Source: Octopus vulgaris
Lineage: Eukaryota
NCBI GenBank assembly: GCA_951406725.2
Contig: OX597814.1
Coordinates: forward strand, 126,976,001 to 127,040,000
DNA: 64,000 nt
Reading direction: 5' to 3'
Each line of letters starts with the position of its first letter. Positions within the stretch are counted from its first letter, which is position 1. The notes under the pieces were generated by a model, which had not been told where the DNA came from, made no database searches, and saw only the letters and a list, made by a program, of their open reading frames with translations. This document shows, piece after piece, positions 12,296-24,140 of this stretch. The translations under genes were made by a program, and so were the position numbers.

Positions 12296-12490
12296 TTATT
12301 ATTTTATTTTTTATTATTTACATTATCGTGCTGGCATTTTGAAAAGAGCACTCAGCACATTTTGTAAAGTGGTTGGCATTAGGAAGGGCATCCAACAGTA
12401 GAAATCAAGCTGAAGTAGATAATGGTGCTTCATGTCCTCCAACTCATTAGATCCTGTTAAACTGTTGAACTTATGGTAGCTAGACATTAA

Positions 12491-12672
12491 ATGATGATGA
12501 TGATGATATTGATTGTGATGATAATGATGTTCGTAATGATCATGGTGATAATGATGGTAATGACAATGATGACGGTGGTGGCAGTGGCAGTGATAATAAT
12601 GACAACAACAATGATGATGTTCTTAGTGATGGTGATAATGATGATGTTTGTAGTGATGATGATGATGTTGTT
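12491..12672 (+). repeat. Degenerate (ATG/GAT)n microsatellite extending from an RTE tail
   Basis: About 60 imperfect triplets following an RTE 3' fragment (12325-12490). Confidence 0.9.
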
Positions 12673-12720
12673 GAAATGATCTCAGAAGAGAGTATTAAAT
12701 CTAAATTTCTTCTCTTTCAG

Positions 12721-12912
12721 TATATGATGGATGTCAATTATTTTGCCAGTGTTTATGCCACCAAATCTGTGATTGGTAGCATGAAAGCCAGGAAAGAAGG
12801 TTCCATTGTCTTTATATCATCCCAAGCTGGCCAGCTTAGTTTTTATGGTTACACAGCCTATTCTAGTTCCAAATTTGCATTAAAAGGGTTATCTGAAGCC
12901 TTACAGAGTGAA
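12721..12912 (+). CDS. KDSR: KDSR exon 6 (catalytic Ser and YxxxK)
   Basis: YMMDVNYFASVY...FISSQAGQLSFYGYTAYSSSKFALKGLSEALQSE; ctttcag acceptor, gtgagt donor. Confidence 0.97.
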
Positions 12913-13049
12913 GTGAGTAAAATTGTTAGTCATTTTAAAGCAAGACAGATATTGAAATATCCTGCTATTTAATGCTATTAGTTTTGTCATGCTACAGCAT
13001 CTCTGTATAACATTTCTGTCTGAATTATCATCTGCTTTTCTTCCTTAAG

Positions 13050-13133
13050 CTGAAACCTTACAATGTTGGTATAACCCTTGCCTTCCCACCTGATACAGAC
13101 ACACCAGGTTTTGCAGAAGAACAGAAGTCAAAA
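13050..13133 (+). CDS. KDSR: KDSR exon 7
   Basis: [28 protein letters not shown]; PPDTDTPGF is characteristic of KDSR; gtaagt donor. Confidence 0.97.
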
Positions 13134-13197
13134 GTAAGTCCTTAACTTTTTTGTTTTTATAAAAAAATAGTTAAAAAGGGAGCAGTGCCCATTGCCT

Positions 13198-13530
13198 GGG
13201 TCAATTATAGACTACTGTCATTTATAAAATTTTTGAATCAGTTATAGGCCATGACCATTTATAAACCTATGGGGTCAGTTATAGGTCTATGGTCACTTGT
13301 AGGCCTACAGTCATTTATAGACTCATTGGGGCTAATTATAGATCTACAGTTAATTTATAAACTCCAGGTGTCACTTATAGGCCTTTGATAATTTATTGAC
13401 TCATGAAGTAGTTATAAGCCTATGGCCATTTATAGGCCTATGGTTATTTATATTTCTATTGTCTGTTATAGACCTATAGTCATTTATAGATCCATGGTTA
13501 TTCTTAACCTCATGGTCATTTATAGGCCCA
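13198..13530. repeat. Degenerate ~19-22 bp minisatellite
   Basis: Repeated GTCATTTATAGGCCTATG-like unit in KDSR intron 7. Confidence 0.8.
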
Positions 13531-13699
13531 GCCAGACTAATAAAATTTGTTAATGTCCAGTTTGAGTATCAGTTAGTCAATGTCTGTTGGAAAATATGGA
13601 TGAGGAAGTAATTCTAGTGGGTTTCAATTCTGAAGATGAAGGTTTAGTTGAAGCATTTCATGTGAAATTTGTGGGGCACTGGACTATCATCTCTTCGGC

Positions 13700-13772
13700 C
13701 CTATGAAAGAGTGATGAGGAAGTGAAAACTGTAGTGAAGAAGTGGCTCAAAGAACAGTCAACAGAATTTTAT
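13700..13772 (+). mobile_element. Mariner transposase C-terminal fragment
   Basis: SDEEVKTVVKKWLKEQSTEFY resembles the mariner C-terminal helix. Confidence 0.6.
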
Positions 13773-14862
13773 ATATATATATGCATATATACATACTTAC
13801 ATATATATGTATATATATGCATATATGGGTACAGGACGTCACAAAATGTAAACAACATGAAATATGAAGACAAACTTGGATATGCAAATGAGAGAAGCAA
13901 ATGGAAAACAAGACAAGTCACATAAAGAATGACACTTCATCAGTTATCAGCTGTCCATCTACTCTTCATTTTGAGCATTTAACAACATGAGGCTTCGAAA
14001 GGCAGTTGCTCCCACAAACCAAAATAGAATTTGGGATTTGCAGAGGGTCAAAGTTGGTAACAAAAACAGGACAGTGGAAACATACAACAAACCAAATGAA
14101 AACAACATGGAGAGCCGTTAGGCCAGATGAGGCAAGGTAGCAAATACTGGAGGAATATTGTCTTTGACAAGAGAAAAGATAGAAGAGGAGACAGATAAGA
14201 ATGCGTCTGGTCTGTGTGACAGACTGAAGGAAAAGAAAGATGATCACATGAGGAAAAGAAAGATGGACAATGGTCACATGTGAGCAACGAGAGAGAGTAA
14301 AAGAGAAAGAGTTCTTTCAGTTTCCATCTGCCAAATCGACTTACAATGTTTTGGTCGGCTCTGGGCTATAGTAGAAGACAAAGGTAACATGCAATGGAAG
14401 TGAACCTGGAACTGGTGGCTTGGAAGCAAAGTTCTTACCACTGCCATGTCTGCTTATGTGTTTTGTGTTCATTAATGTAATTGATTAAGATGTCATCTCC
14501 TGTGGGTTAACTGTAAAAAGAGCTTCAGTTTTAATGATTTTGTTTTGCTGTTCATCTCTTTTTAACTTCATTAGTAACATCGATGAAGAAGTTTCAGTCA
14601 GGAACTTGACCTGGATCTTGGTATCTGCTCACCTTTTATTGTACAGTACCAGGTTTTGAGTTATTGATTTAAAGGCAATCACTTCAAACCCAACCTCGGT
14701 CACCACATTTTACTCTGCAGTCAGCTAATCGCTGCTTTCAATTTAAGGTTGAGGGAAAAAATTTTAATTTGTGAAACTGTCTGATCTATGTGAGCCAGAA
14801 AAATCAAAAATATATATCTGTGAAAAATGTGTTTAAAAATACAAACATTATTCTTTTTACAG

Positions 14863-14946
14863 CCGAAAGAGACTGAACTGATATCAGAAACTGGTGGCTT
14901 AATCTCATCTGAAATTGTGGCAAAAAAGATTGTTGATGATGTACTG
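14863..14946 (+). CDS. KDSR: KDSR exon 8
   Basis: tttacag acceptor; PKETELISETGGLISSEIVAKKIVDDVL; gtaagt donor. Confidence 0.95.
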
Positions 14947-15689
14947 GTAAGTTTTCATAAGATATTGTCAAATTATTAGGATTAGGATGGTGACATTGAT
15001 TAGGAGGGGGACATTGATTCTATCAACCCAGTGCTCCACTGGTACTTAGTTTGTTGACCCCAATAAGATGTAAGGCAAAGTCAGCCTTGATGACATTTGA
15101 ACTAAGAATGTAAAGCTAGAAATGCTGCTCATTAGTTTGTTCAGCATGCTAATGATGCTGCCAACTCGTTGCCTTAATATCATTAAAGCAGCATCATTTG
15201 CAAACCAAATGATAATAATGAAATATTCATAGATAGTTATCATTAGTGTTATGGGTTTGTAATATGGTATGTCACTAAAAGCACCCACTACACTCTCGGA
15301 GTGGTTGGCATTAAGAAGGGCATCTAGCTGTAGAAACTCTGCCAGATCAGATTGGAACCTGGTGCAGCCATCTGGTTTGCCAGTCCTCAGTCAAATCGTC
15401 CAACCCATGGTAGCATGGAAATCAGATGTTAAACGATGATGATGATGAATATCTGTCTTTTGTTGATTTTACTCTCAATCTAAAATATCCTCTTCACTCC
15501 TACTTATGTATTTATCTCTTTTGTTATAATCTGTTTTCTTATTCCTCAGCTGCCTTATTCATCTTCCTTTTATTTGAATATGTCAGCATCTTAAGAAGTC
15601 CCATTCAGTTCCACATACCTATGGCCCAGAAGTAGTTGGTAAAATATTCACAGCACTTTAGATATACCATGCCACTTGTGTTAAACCTT

Positions 15690-16805
15690 ATTGTCTGATC
15701 AGTGTTTGTTACGTAGTCATCTTTTCTTTATTGTGGGACATTCTTCACCCTATGAGATGTCATCTGGTGTACTGCAGGGATCTGTTCTTGGTTCCTTTTG
15801 TTTGTTGCATACATTAATGACAAAGATGCCAACTTAAAGAATGCCAGTGCTGAAATGTGCAGATGACATCAAGCTGTACCTTGAGATAGGAAGGACAGAT
15901 CCTGAACACTATAGATCTTTCCTGCAATTAGACCTGGACACAATGCGACAATGAATCATGGACTGGTAACTCAAGTTGGCTGTTGACAAGTGTACCACCA
16001 TGCATTTTGGAAGGAAAAACCCAGTGTCCACATACTCTCTCCCCAACATTAATATTGTGACTTGGGCATTACTATCAGCAGCAATTTGCGCTGGACAGAG
16101 CACATCTCTAAAATTGTCAAGAAGGGTGAGGGTGCTTTGACATCACTCAGCAAGACCTTTGTCAGCCACTCTCCAGTTATCTATTTAAGGCTGTATATGG
16201 CTATATAGCTATGGTGCAGCCACACTTGGAATTTGCATCACCGGTCTGGAACCCTGATCTTGCTTAGGACATTGACCTCCTGGAAACTGTTCAGAGACAT
16301 GCAACCAAGCGAATACTCTCCCTCAGGCATCTACCATACTCTAGATACCTTGCTTCCCAGGGCATAGATACATTGAAGCTCTGATATCTGGCAACTGACT
16401 TGGTTAACACCCACAAAATTATTAACCATCATACCAACAACCACCTTGAGCACCTTTTTGAGCTCCATGTGTCTAACACATGCAGGTGTGCCTACAAAGT
16501 CAGAAAAAAGTACAGCTCCCGTAACTTTGGGAAACATTTTTTCACACACAGAGTTGCTAAAGCATGGAACAAACTACCTGCAAGACATTGCATCCTTTAA
16601 AACTTCCATGCTTTCTGAAATTCAGCAACACCACACCTGATATCCCCACCTCCATATATATGCACACATATATCATGACCCATACACTGTTGACTTTCCT
16701 GACATTTGTACATAATTCTATGTACTGTACATGCACCTTTGATGAGTTGTGCACGTGAGCACTATACACAATAATTTCATTATTATTATTTTTATTATTA
16801 TTATT
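15690..16805 (+). mobile_element. CR1/L2-group LINE, RT to 3' end, decayed
   Basis: SGVLQGSVLG, ADDIKLY, LAVDKCTTMHFG, PHLEFASPVWNP, FFTHRVAKAWNKLP; (TTA)n tail. Confidence 0.9.
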
Positions 16806-17844
16806 CTACTATAAGAATTGATTCTTAAAGCATTTAATCACCATTTTAGAAGACAGTAAAGAATTTATTGAGGGAGATTTACTTGCTGCATTCAGTATAA
16901 TGTGTGGCTCTATAGAAAATCCCTTGCTGGTTCAAGTGTTTATCTGGATGTCTTTGTATGTGGAGATTTGATTAAAGGAATTGAGACAAGCTGGCCTGTT
17001 GTGAGTATTTTATGTAATTTTAGCTGTTTTATAAGTTATAACTAAATCATTTAGTTTAGTTTCTGATCTCTAATTAGTTTTGATAGATGCAGGGTAGCCA
17101 TGTATCTTCTCTACAGCAGGACACCTGTACTTGTCTCTCTCTGATACTTAAGCTTTCAGGCCCTGACAAAAAGCCACCTCCTTCTCTCTCAAATACACTC
17201 CCATTCAGTCGAGGGCACTTTTTACTTTTCTTTTCTCTTGTGAGTTAGTTGGCGACCTCACCAGTTTTGGTGTCACATAAAAACAAAACAAAACAAAAAA
17301 GCAACAACAAAAATACCTAGTATACTCTATTAAGTGGCAAGCATTAGAAAGGGTATCAAGGAATAGAAATCATGCCCAACACAGCCCTGCAGCTTGTTGG
17401 AACATGTCAGAGCATCCAATCTATGCCAGCATAAAAAACAGATGTTAAATGAAGATGATGTTGATGTTGTCAAATCATGTAATTATGATTTGACAAATTA
17501 TTTTCATTTCAGGAATATTCAAGTGGTTAAAATACTGATCTCTTGGTTTATCAGTTGAGATATAAATCCTGTTGGATCCATCAACCAGGTATTCAGTAAC
17601 AAAGTTTTCACCAGTTCTACTTGTGTTATTTGACAGATTAATAATAATGATATCCAAAACAAGATTTCACTGAAGAGGCTTAAAAAAATAACAAGCCTCT
17701 TCAGTGCTTATCATTGTTGGTAGACTGAGTGAAGTAGACTAGTGCTGAAGACAGATCAAAGACAGTTTAGAAATTGTTATGTTGTGCTTCCAAAATTTTC
17801 ATTGCTTTCAGTTAACTTTTTACGTCATTGTCTTTTGTTCTTAG

Positions 17845-17946
17845 AAAGGAAAATTCCAGTGCAGTTTTGGTGTTGATGGTTTTCTGTTGGCAACAGTAAG
17901 TGCAGGAATGGCACCAGTGTCCTCAGGCTTGGAAGCTTTGTTGCAG
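17845..17946 (+). CDS. KDSR: KDSR exon 9
   Basis: ttcttag acceptor; KGKFQCSFGVDGFLLATVSAGMAPVSSGLEALLQ; gtatgt donor. Confidence 0.95.
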
Positions 17947-18435
17947 GTATGTAAATTATTTAAAGTTTCACATAACTAGGCGAAGGTCTTGAGAGTTGGT
18001 ATATGTCAGATCTACAGAAAGGTAAAAGCTGTAGTCCTTTCTGAATATTCAAACATCTTACTATAGAAAGCAGTTATTGAATGTGAAGAATATAAATTAT
18101 GAATTGAGAAATTATTGTTGGTGAATAGTATCCTGATTTGAGGTCCATCACTTTGGAGAATACAGGGGAATCATCACCAATGGTTAGACAAGATAAAAAT
18201 GTTTTTTACATACAATGTAAGTTGGTATTTAGAAATAAAATTAAACTAAGAACAAATCTGAAAATATGTTATTATTTTCCAAAAATGGAGGCCATATCAT
18301 GATTTTTTAAAATTAGTCTGAAGAGAGAAGGACGTTATCTAATATCTGCTTCTGAATACTGTTGAGAGTGATGAGGTGGAACTTGGCAATTACTTGTTTA
18401 GTATTTCTGGAAATAAGTCTCCTTGAAGTAATATT

Positions 18436-18627
18436 GGTTTCAGATTTTGGCACAGAGCCAGCAAATTCAAGGGTGTAAGGTGCTCAACTGATACTTATTT
18501 TATCAACCCTGAAAAAATGAAAAGCAAAGTCAACCTTGGTAGAATTTGAACTCAGAATGGAAGGATGGATGAAATGCTGTTAAGCATTTTGCCTGGTGTG
18601 CTAACAATTCTGCTAGCTTCCTGCCTT
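18436..18627 (-). mobile_element. Family A SINE
   Basis: Reverse complement of family A; 16-bp TSD TCCTTGAAGTAATATT (18420-18435 / 18628-18643). Confidence 0.85.
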
Positions 18628-19595
18628 TCCTTGAAGTAATATTAACATATAATAAGGATTATGATAAGAACATTAGATGTAAGTAAGACTGAGTACAAGA
18701 ATATGTAACTCCTTAAATATAAGGTATATTCCATTAAAAGGAATGGCACAATTCTTTCTTTAAAATCAAAATGGAATATTTGGTTTTTGATGATTGATTC
18801 TTGCTGAAGGGTGAAAGGTGACATTTCTGGAAGAGGTAAATCTTTGGCAGGAACTGTTGCCACTAGCAAAAGCTTTTGTATTTAAAGGATAAAGCTAAAT
18901 GGAGGTCATCTGCTTTGGAGATAGATACACCACTCAAATTTAATACCACTTCTTGGCTAATTTGTATGTTTGACAAAATTTAGGTATGTTTACACAACCA
19001 AAACTCATAGCTTCCAATCCTTAAAGTGGTTCACTTATATCTGTTTTGCTATGACTGTTTGTAAGCATATTCATCAATAAGGTGTTTTGGTAAGAGGTTT
19101 CAATGTCATACTAATGTTAAGTGAAACAAAACTGTTTCCATTATGACAAAAACAAGAGTCCGTAAGTATGAGAGAGGAAAGTAGGTTATCTATGGATGTT
19201 GAACTAAGATTGTTGGTTTCTATAAGGGACCATTCCAAATAAAAACTAAACAAATTTAGAAAATTACTTTGATCCAATTGTTAGATAAAATATTTCAGCT
19301 GAAACTTAAAACACTGCATCTTAAAAAAAATAGATTCAGTGAATTATTAATTCTACAGTATTTTAATAGTAATGAGGATGATAAGTAAACCTAATTAATT
19401 TATTAATGAGAGATATATGTGAAGAGGAGTTTAAGTTCTTTGCTCAGTCTAAATAAATGTAGGTTTGTAGAAAGTATTAAAAAAAATGAACAACAGATTA
19501 CATACACTTAATGAAACCGGTTTGATTACTTACTTTGCTGAGATCTTAAAATACATTAACAGAATATTTATGTTTGGTTTCTCTTTTGTTTTCAG

Positions 19596-19706
19596 GTTTT
19601 CTCCATGGGACTTTTCAGATTAATTGGTTTATTTTATTTGTATTCTTTTAATCAAATTATTCAAAAGTGTTATAACGAGAAGAAAGGTAACAAAAAGGCT
19701 TCTTGA
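19596..19706 (+). CDS. KDSR: KDSR exon 10 (last coding exon)
   Basis: tttcag acceptor; VFSMGLFRLIGLFYLYSFNQIIQKCYNEKKGNKKAS then TGA. Confidence 0.95.
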   Translation, partial: VFSMGLFRLIGLFYLYSFNQIIQKCYNEKKGNKKAS

Positions 19707-21250
19707 TCAGTTTTTAAAAAAACTATGATCTATTTTTATATACAAAATACCAGTATATGCATTAAACATGGAATAATTATTTTATTTAATGAATTTTATA
19801 TGAATAATAAAGCAAACTTACACAATTCAAATGTTTTACTGTTTTGTGTATTTAGAAAATGGGGTGGAGAAATGATGCCATTGTCTGTCAGTAAAATGTT
19901 TAAATATCAACTAATGTGAGATGTTGATATAAAGTGGTCCAGAAGGATTTACAACTGACACAATACACTAAATAATTCTTTCTATTGATTTTAGGGGAGA
20001 ATCCTGAACACCCTTATGTGACTGAAGGGGGACTAACTGATTACAATAAATAAGAAATGAGTGAACTGAGGGGGATAGTTGACGGTTTTAGTTTGACTGT
20101 GTTGGTTTAATAGTTGGTAGTCGAACAGTGAATATTGAGTATCATATCTATGTTCAAGTAGTATAGAGTGCATTCTGTGTTAAAATGTATTTCTGCATTA
20201 GGTTATTTTTTAGATAACCACAACTGACTATTTATTTGTGTAATATCAGTTTGCACCAGATGTGTATTCCCACATCATAACAATTGCCAGTCCTGATATG
20301 GTAGCAGCATATAACATTAGCAAATCATCTCCAATCTTTGTAGAAACCTATAAAAAGTGAGTCAAATCCTGTCATCTTACTACTGTCAAATTAAAATTTT
20401 CTGACTTGTACATGGTACATTCCAGAAGTTCAAAATTCTAATCTCTTTCAAAGATCTCCTGATTTTAATGCACTTGCTGTAGTGCATCAGCCAGTTTATG
20501 AAGGGAGTTTTTTGAGTCTTTCAACATCAGACACCCTGGCCTAGTTGACTCAGCTGGGGTCAACTAGAGGTCTCAGCTTACATCCTAGCAGTAGCAAATC
20601 ACTAGTCAGTCCTCTTTATGCAAAGTTATCTAGTGGCCTTTACTGCATACACATATATACATTAATATAGTAGGATGGGAGAGGTGAAAATAATGGTTAT
20701 TTGGTCAGTAATTCTATCAAAATATGATGATGATTATCATCTATGTTATGATGACATGGGTTGTACACTTTGCACTTTCAATGTAATATTTTTATAGACA
20801 TTTGGCAAACACCTCAGAACCTTAACTTCAAGCCTGGTTTCCAGGATAATCTCCAATTAACATTTAATAACATTTCTAAAGCACATTAAACTGTGTCAAG
20901 ATTTATCTCTTGTAGTGAGTGACTTTATAAACAATGAAGCCATTGGATTTACATATAAAATAGTTGAAGTACTGAATATAGTTTGAGTGATAAGTTATTT
21001 CCTCTGTAATCCAGTGCACTTAGAAAAATTAGCAATAGTACTTGTTTGATAGTTATTGATATTTCCAGCATGTTTGCAACAGATTCATTTGGCATTGAGA
21101 ACTTTGTTATCCCACATGTAAATAATGTTGGGATTTGTTTCATTATATATTTATCACAATTCTTTGTTGAAGAACACCCTATTAAATCATTTTCCTGTTG
21201 AAAAGTTTTGAAGATGAAATTCTGAAGAAATAAAACATTTTGATCTTTTA
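19707..21250 (+). other. Probable KDSR 3' UTR with candidate polyadenylation signals
   Basis: Repeat-poor tract after the stop; AATAAA near 19806, 20045 and 21229. Confidence 0.5.
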
Positions 21251-21819
21251 TTAATAATGGTTTATGACAGTAACAATTTCCATTCCATAACTACATGGTG
21301 TATTGAGATTTCAAATAAATGATATACAACACAATATTGAGTTAAAATGGCAGGTAACACAAGTCTGTTATATTAAAACTCGTTGTAGTTTAATAGTAAG
21401 TGGAATATTCTCAATTAAGCATCACTAGGATCGTGGCAGTGTTTGGAATTAGAGTGACAATAATAGCAGACAATTATGTTCAAATAATAACACTACTCTT
21501 GTCTCACATACAATAATACATTAGAGATCTAACACAGTAACAAATAAACACTATTATTGTGGCAGGTTTTTAAGCTAACATTTAAGACCTAACACACATG
21601 ATTGTTTAAATTAAATGCAACACAGCGACATATCTAACAGATTTAACAATTAACAATCAAGTCCATCTAAACTTGGAAATAACCTATTTTACTAGTGTAA
21701 TGACAATATTTGTTGGCTTATGCACTCTACAGAGACCAAGATGCAGGCTTATCAAATATAGAATGAATCTATGACACAAATGATGCTCTCTGTTAAAGGA
21801 AAATATAATTATGAAGAGC

Positions 21820-22870
21820 ATTTATTTGTCAAGGAGAAAGCCTTTGACAGACTCCCTTTGTGATATTGTGGTCGCTGAGTAGATGAATAGCTTGTGAGGG
21901 CCATACAAGCCATGTATAAAGGTGAAGTCAGCAAAGTAAATCTACGATGAATACAGTGATGAATTTAGTCACCAAATCTAACAGAGCTCAGTTTTCAGTC
22001 CCCTTCCATTTATCATAGTCCTCTAGGCTGTAACAGAAGAGTTTAAGAGTAGTAGACTGGGAATTCCTATGCTCCAGTGACCTAGGTTTTATACATTAAT
22101 CTACAGCAGAATTACAGAAAAAATCCAGATGCAGAGGCATAATATTGAATTGAGAGGTTTCAAAGTAAACTTAGCAAAAACTAAGAGTATCAGTAAGTAT
22201 GAAAGAAAAATAGAATAGTTAAGAATTCCATATGGTGTAACATATGAACATAAAGAGATGTGAAATTACAGGCAGTTGAACAGAGAAAGACTTTGTATGT
22301 GGTAAATACATGAAGGTGATAAAAACTAAAAACACATGGAAATTAGATTCTCTCAAATGCTTAGAAGGTCTCCAAGAAGTACTCAATTGTTTCTGTGAGG
22401 TGAACTAATTAACAACGGAGATGTCCTGAAAGTATAGCAACCAGAGTTAGAATGAGTCAGAGAAAGTCAAAGGAGCTACTACTTCTGTCAGTAACAAAGT
22501 GTTTCTTAGATTGTATGATCCTTGTGTATGAAGTGCAATGTAGCATGGCTGTGAGATATGGGGCTCTGAATGCAGAAGATTTGCAATGATTAGATGGAAA
22601 TGAAATGAGCATGCTCTGCTGGATGTGTGACATCAATGTGCAAGAATGATACAGCACAAATGAGCTGAGAGTAAAAATTGGACATGTGATGTGTAATGGA
22701 AGCTGGCAGATGTATGAAAAATGTAGGACACTCAAAGTAGATGAAACCCATGGAAGAAGAAGACATGAAATGAAGCAGTGAAGACTGATTTCATGATGTT
22801 AAGCTTCATGGAAGAGATGACAAAGACTGAAGTGATTGGTGACACACAGTAATGGAGAAAACCTGCCCAC
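21820..22870 (+). mobile_element. Old decayed RTE LINE
   Basis: Collinear with the 3555-5430 copy (gagaaagcctttgacag, gtgagggccatacaagccatgtataa, atgctctgctggatgtgt). Confidence 0.8.
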
Positions 22871-23252
22871 CTGTGCAAACATAGTGAAATGGACATTAAA
22901 AATGGTGAAGAGTGTGTAAATAAGAACTTTGCTATCCAGCCAAATAGTTTCAGGTTCAATTTCATTGCATGGCACATAGTGAATTCTACTATAGCTCCAT
23001 AACAATTATAGCCCTTGAGTAAATTTGTTAGCTCATTAAAGATATATGTGTGTGTCTTGTTTGTTTTTAATTTCCCAATAAAACATGTCTGGGCATGAGG
23101 AAATACTACCTTACTTGGAAACAAGTGAGAGTTGGTGACAGGAAGGGCAAGAAGCTATAGAAAATATGCCCCAAATTCCATGTGAAATACGTAAACATAG
23201 AAAAGTGAATCTTAAAACAATGAGGATATATATATATATATATATATATATA

Positions 23253-23570
23253 ATCATCATCATCGTTTAACGTCTATTTTCCATGCTGGCATGGGTTGGA
23301 CGGTTTGACTGGGGACTGGCAGGACAGGAGGCAATACCAGGCTCCAATCTGATCTGGCAATGTTTCTGCAGCTGGATGCCCTTCCTAACGCCAACCACTT
23401 AGGGAGTGTAGTGGGTGCTTTTTACGTGCTACCTGCATAGGAGCCAGTCGGGGCGAGGGGGCTAGCATCGACTATGCTTGGATGGTGCTGTTTACGTGCC
23501 ACCGGCATGGGGAACCAGTCAGGCAGCACTGGCAGCAACTCACTCAGGAATGGTGCTTATTGCATGCCAA
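23253..23570 (-). mobile_element. RTE 3'-end copy with (GAT)n tail
   Basis: catcatcatcgtttaacgtc...ggatgcccttcctaacgccaacc; same family at 15265-15447, 17240-17470, 28285-28380, 34398-34530, 45528-45930, 57620-57800, 59130-59450. Confidence 0.88.
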
Positions 23571-23732
23571 ATGAGAATCAAATATTCCCCATATAGAATA
23601 TACTTAGCAGTGCTCAAGAGGTTTAAACTTGAGCAAGTAGAGAAGTAAATGTAAGGATAAGCAAGTTGGGCAGGTCAAAATACAAAGTATGTTAAATACA
23701 TGAAATGCCAAAAAATGTATGTATGTTTACAT

Positions 23733-24140
23733 AGGCGCAGGAGTGGCTGTGTGGTAAGTATCTTGCTTACAAACCACATGGTTCTGGGTTCAGTCCCACT
23801 GTGTGGCACCTTGGGCAAGTATCTTCTACTATAGCTTTGGGCCAACCAAAGCCTTGTGAGTGGATTTGGATTTGGTAGACAGAAACTGAAAGAAGCCCGT
23901 CGTATATATATATACATATATATGTGTTTGTCCCCCCAACATCGCTTGACAACCGATGCTGGTGTGTTTATGTCCATGTAACTTAGCAGTTCGGCAAAAG
24001 GGACCAATAGAATAAGTACTAGGCTTACAAAGAATAAGGCCTGGGGTTGATTTGCTCGACTAAAGGCGGTGCTCCAGCATGGCTACAGTCAAATGACTGA
24101 AACAAGTAAAAGAGTAAAAGAGAGAGAGAGAGTAAGAGTA
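23733..24140 (+). mobile_element. tRNA-derived CORE-type SINE (family B)
   Basis: GGCGCAGGAGTGGCTGTGTGG box A, GGTTCAGTCCC box B, ACCTTGGGCAAGT core, internal (TA)n, (GAGTAAAA)n tail; relatives near 2250-2550 (-), 30125-30615, 56200-56520 (-), 57915-58250. Confidence 0.85.

Noticed and set aside
12491-12679. Met-rich 62-aa ORF
   Set aside because: Translation of an (ATG)n microsatellite
13930-13985. Possible hammerhead core (CTGATGA on minus strand) in a repeat
   Set aside because: GAAA core and flanking stems are not present in this copy
21320-21660. Recurring TAACAC motif
   Set aside because: Irregular spacing in AT-rich DNA; cannot be separated from chance or a very old satellite
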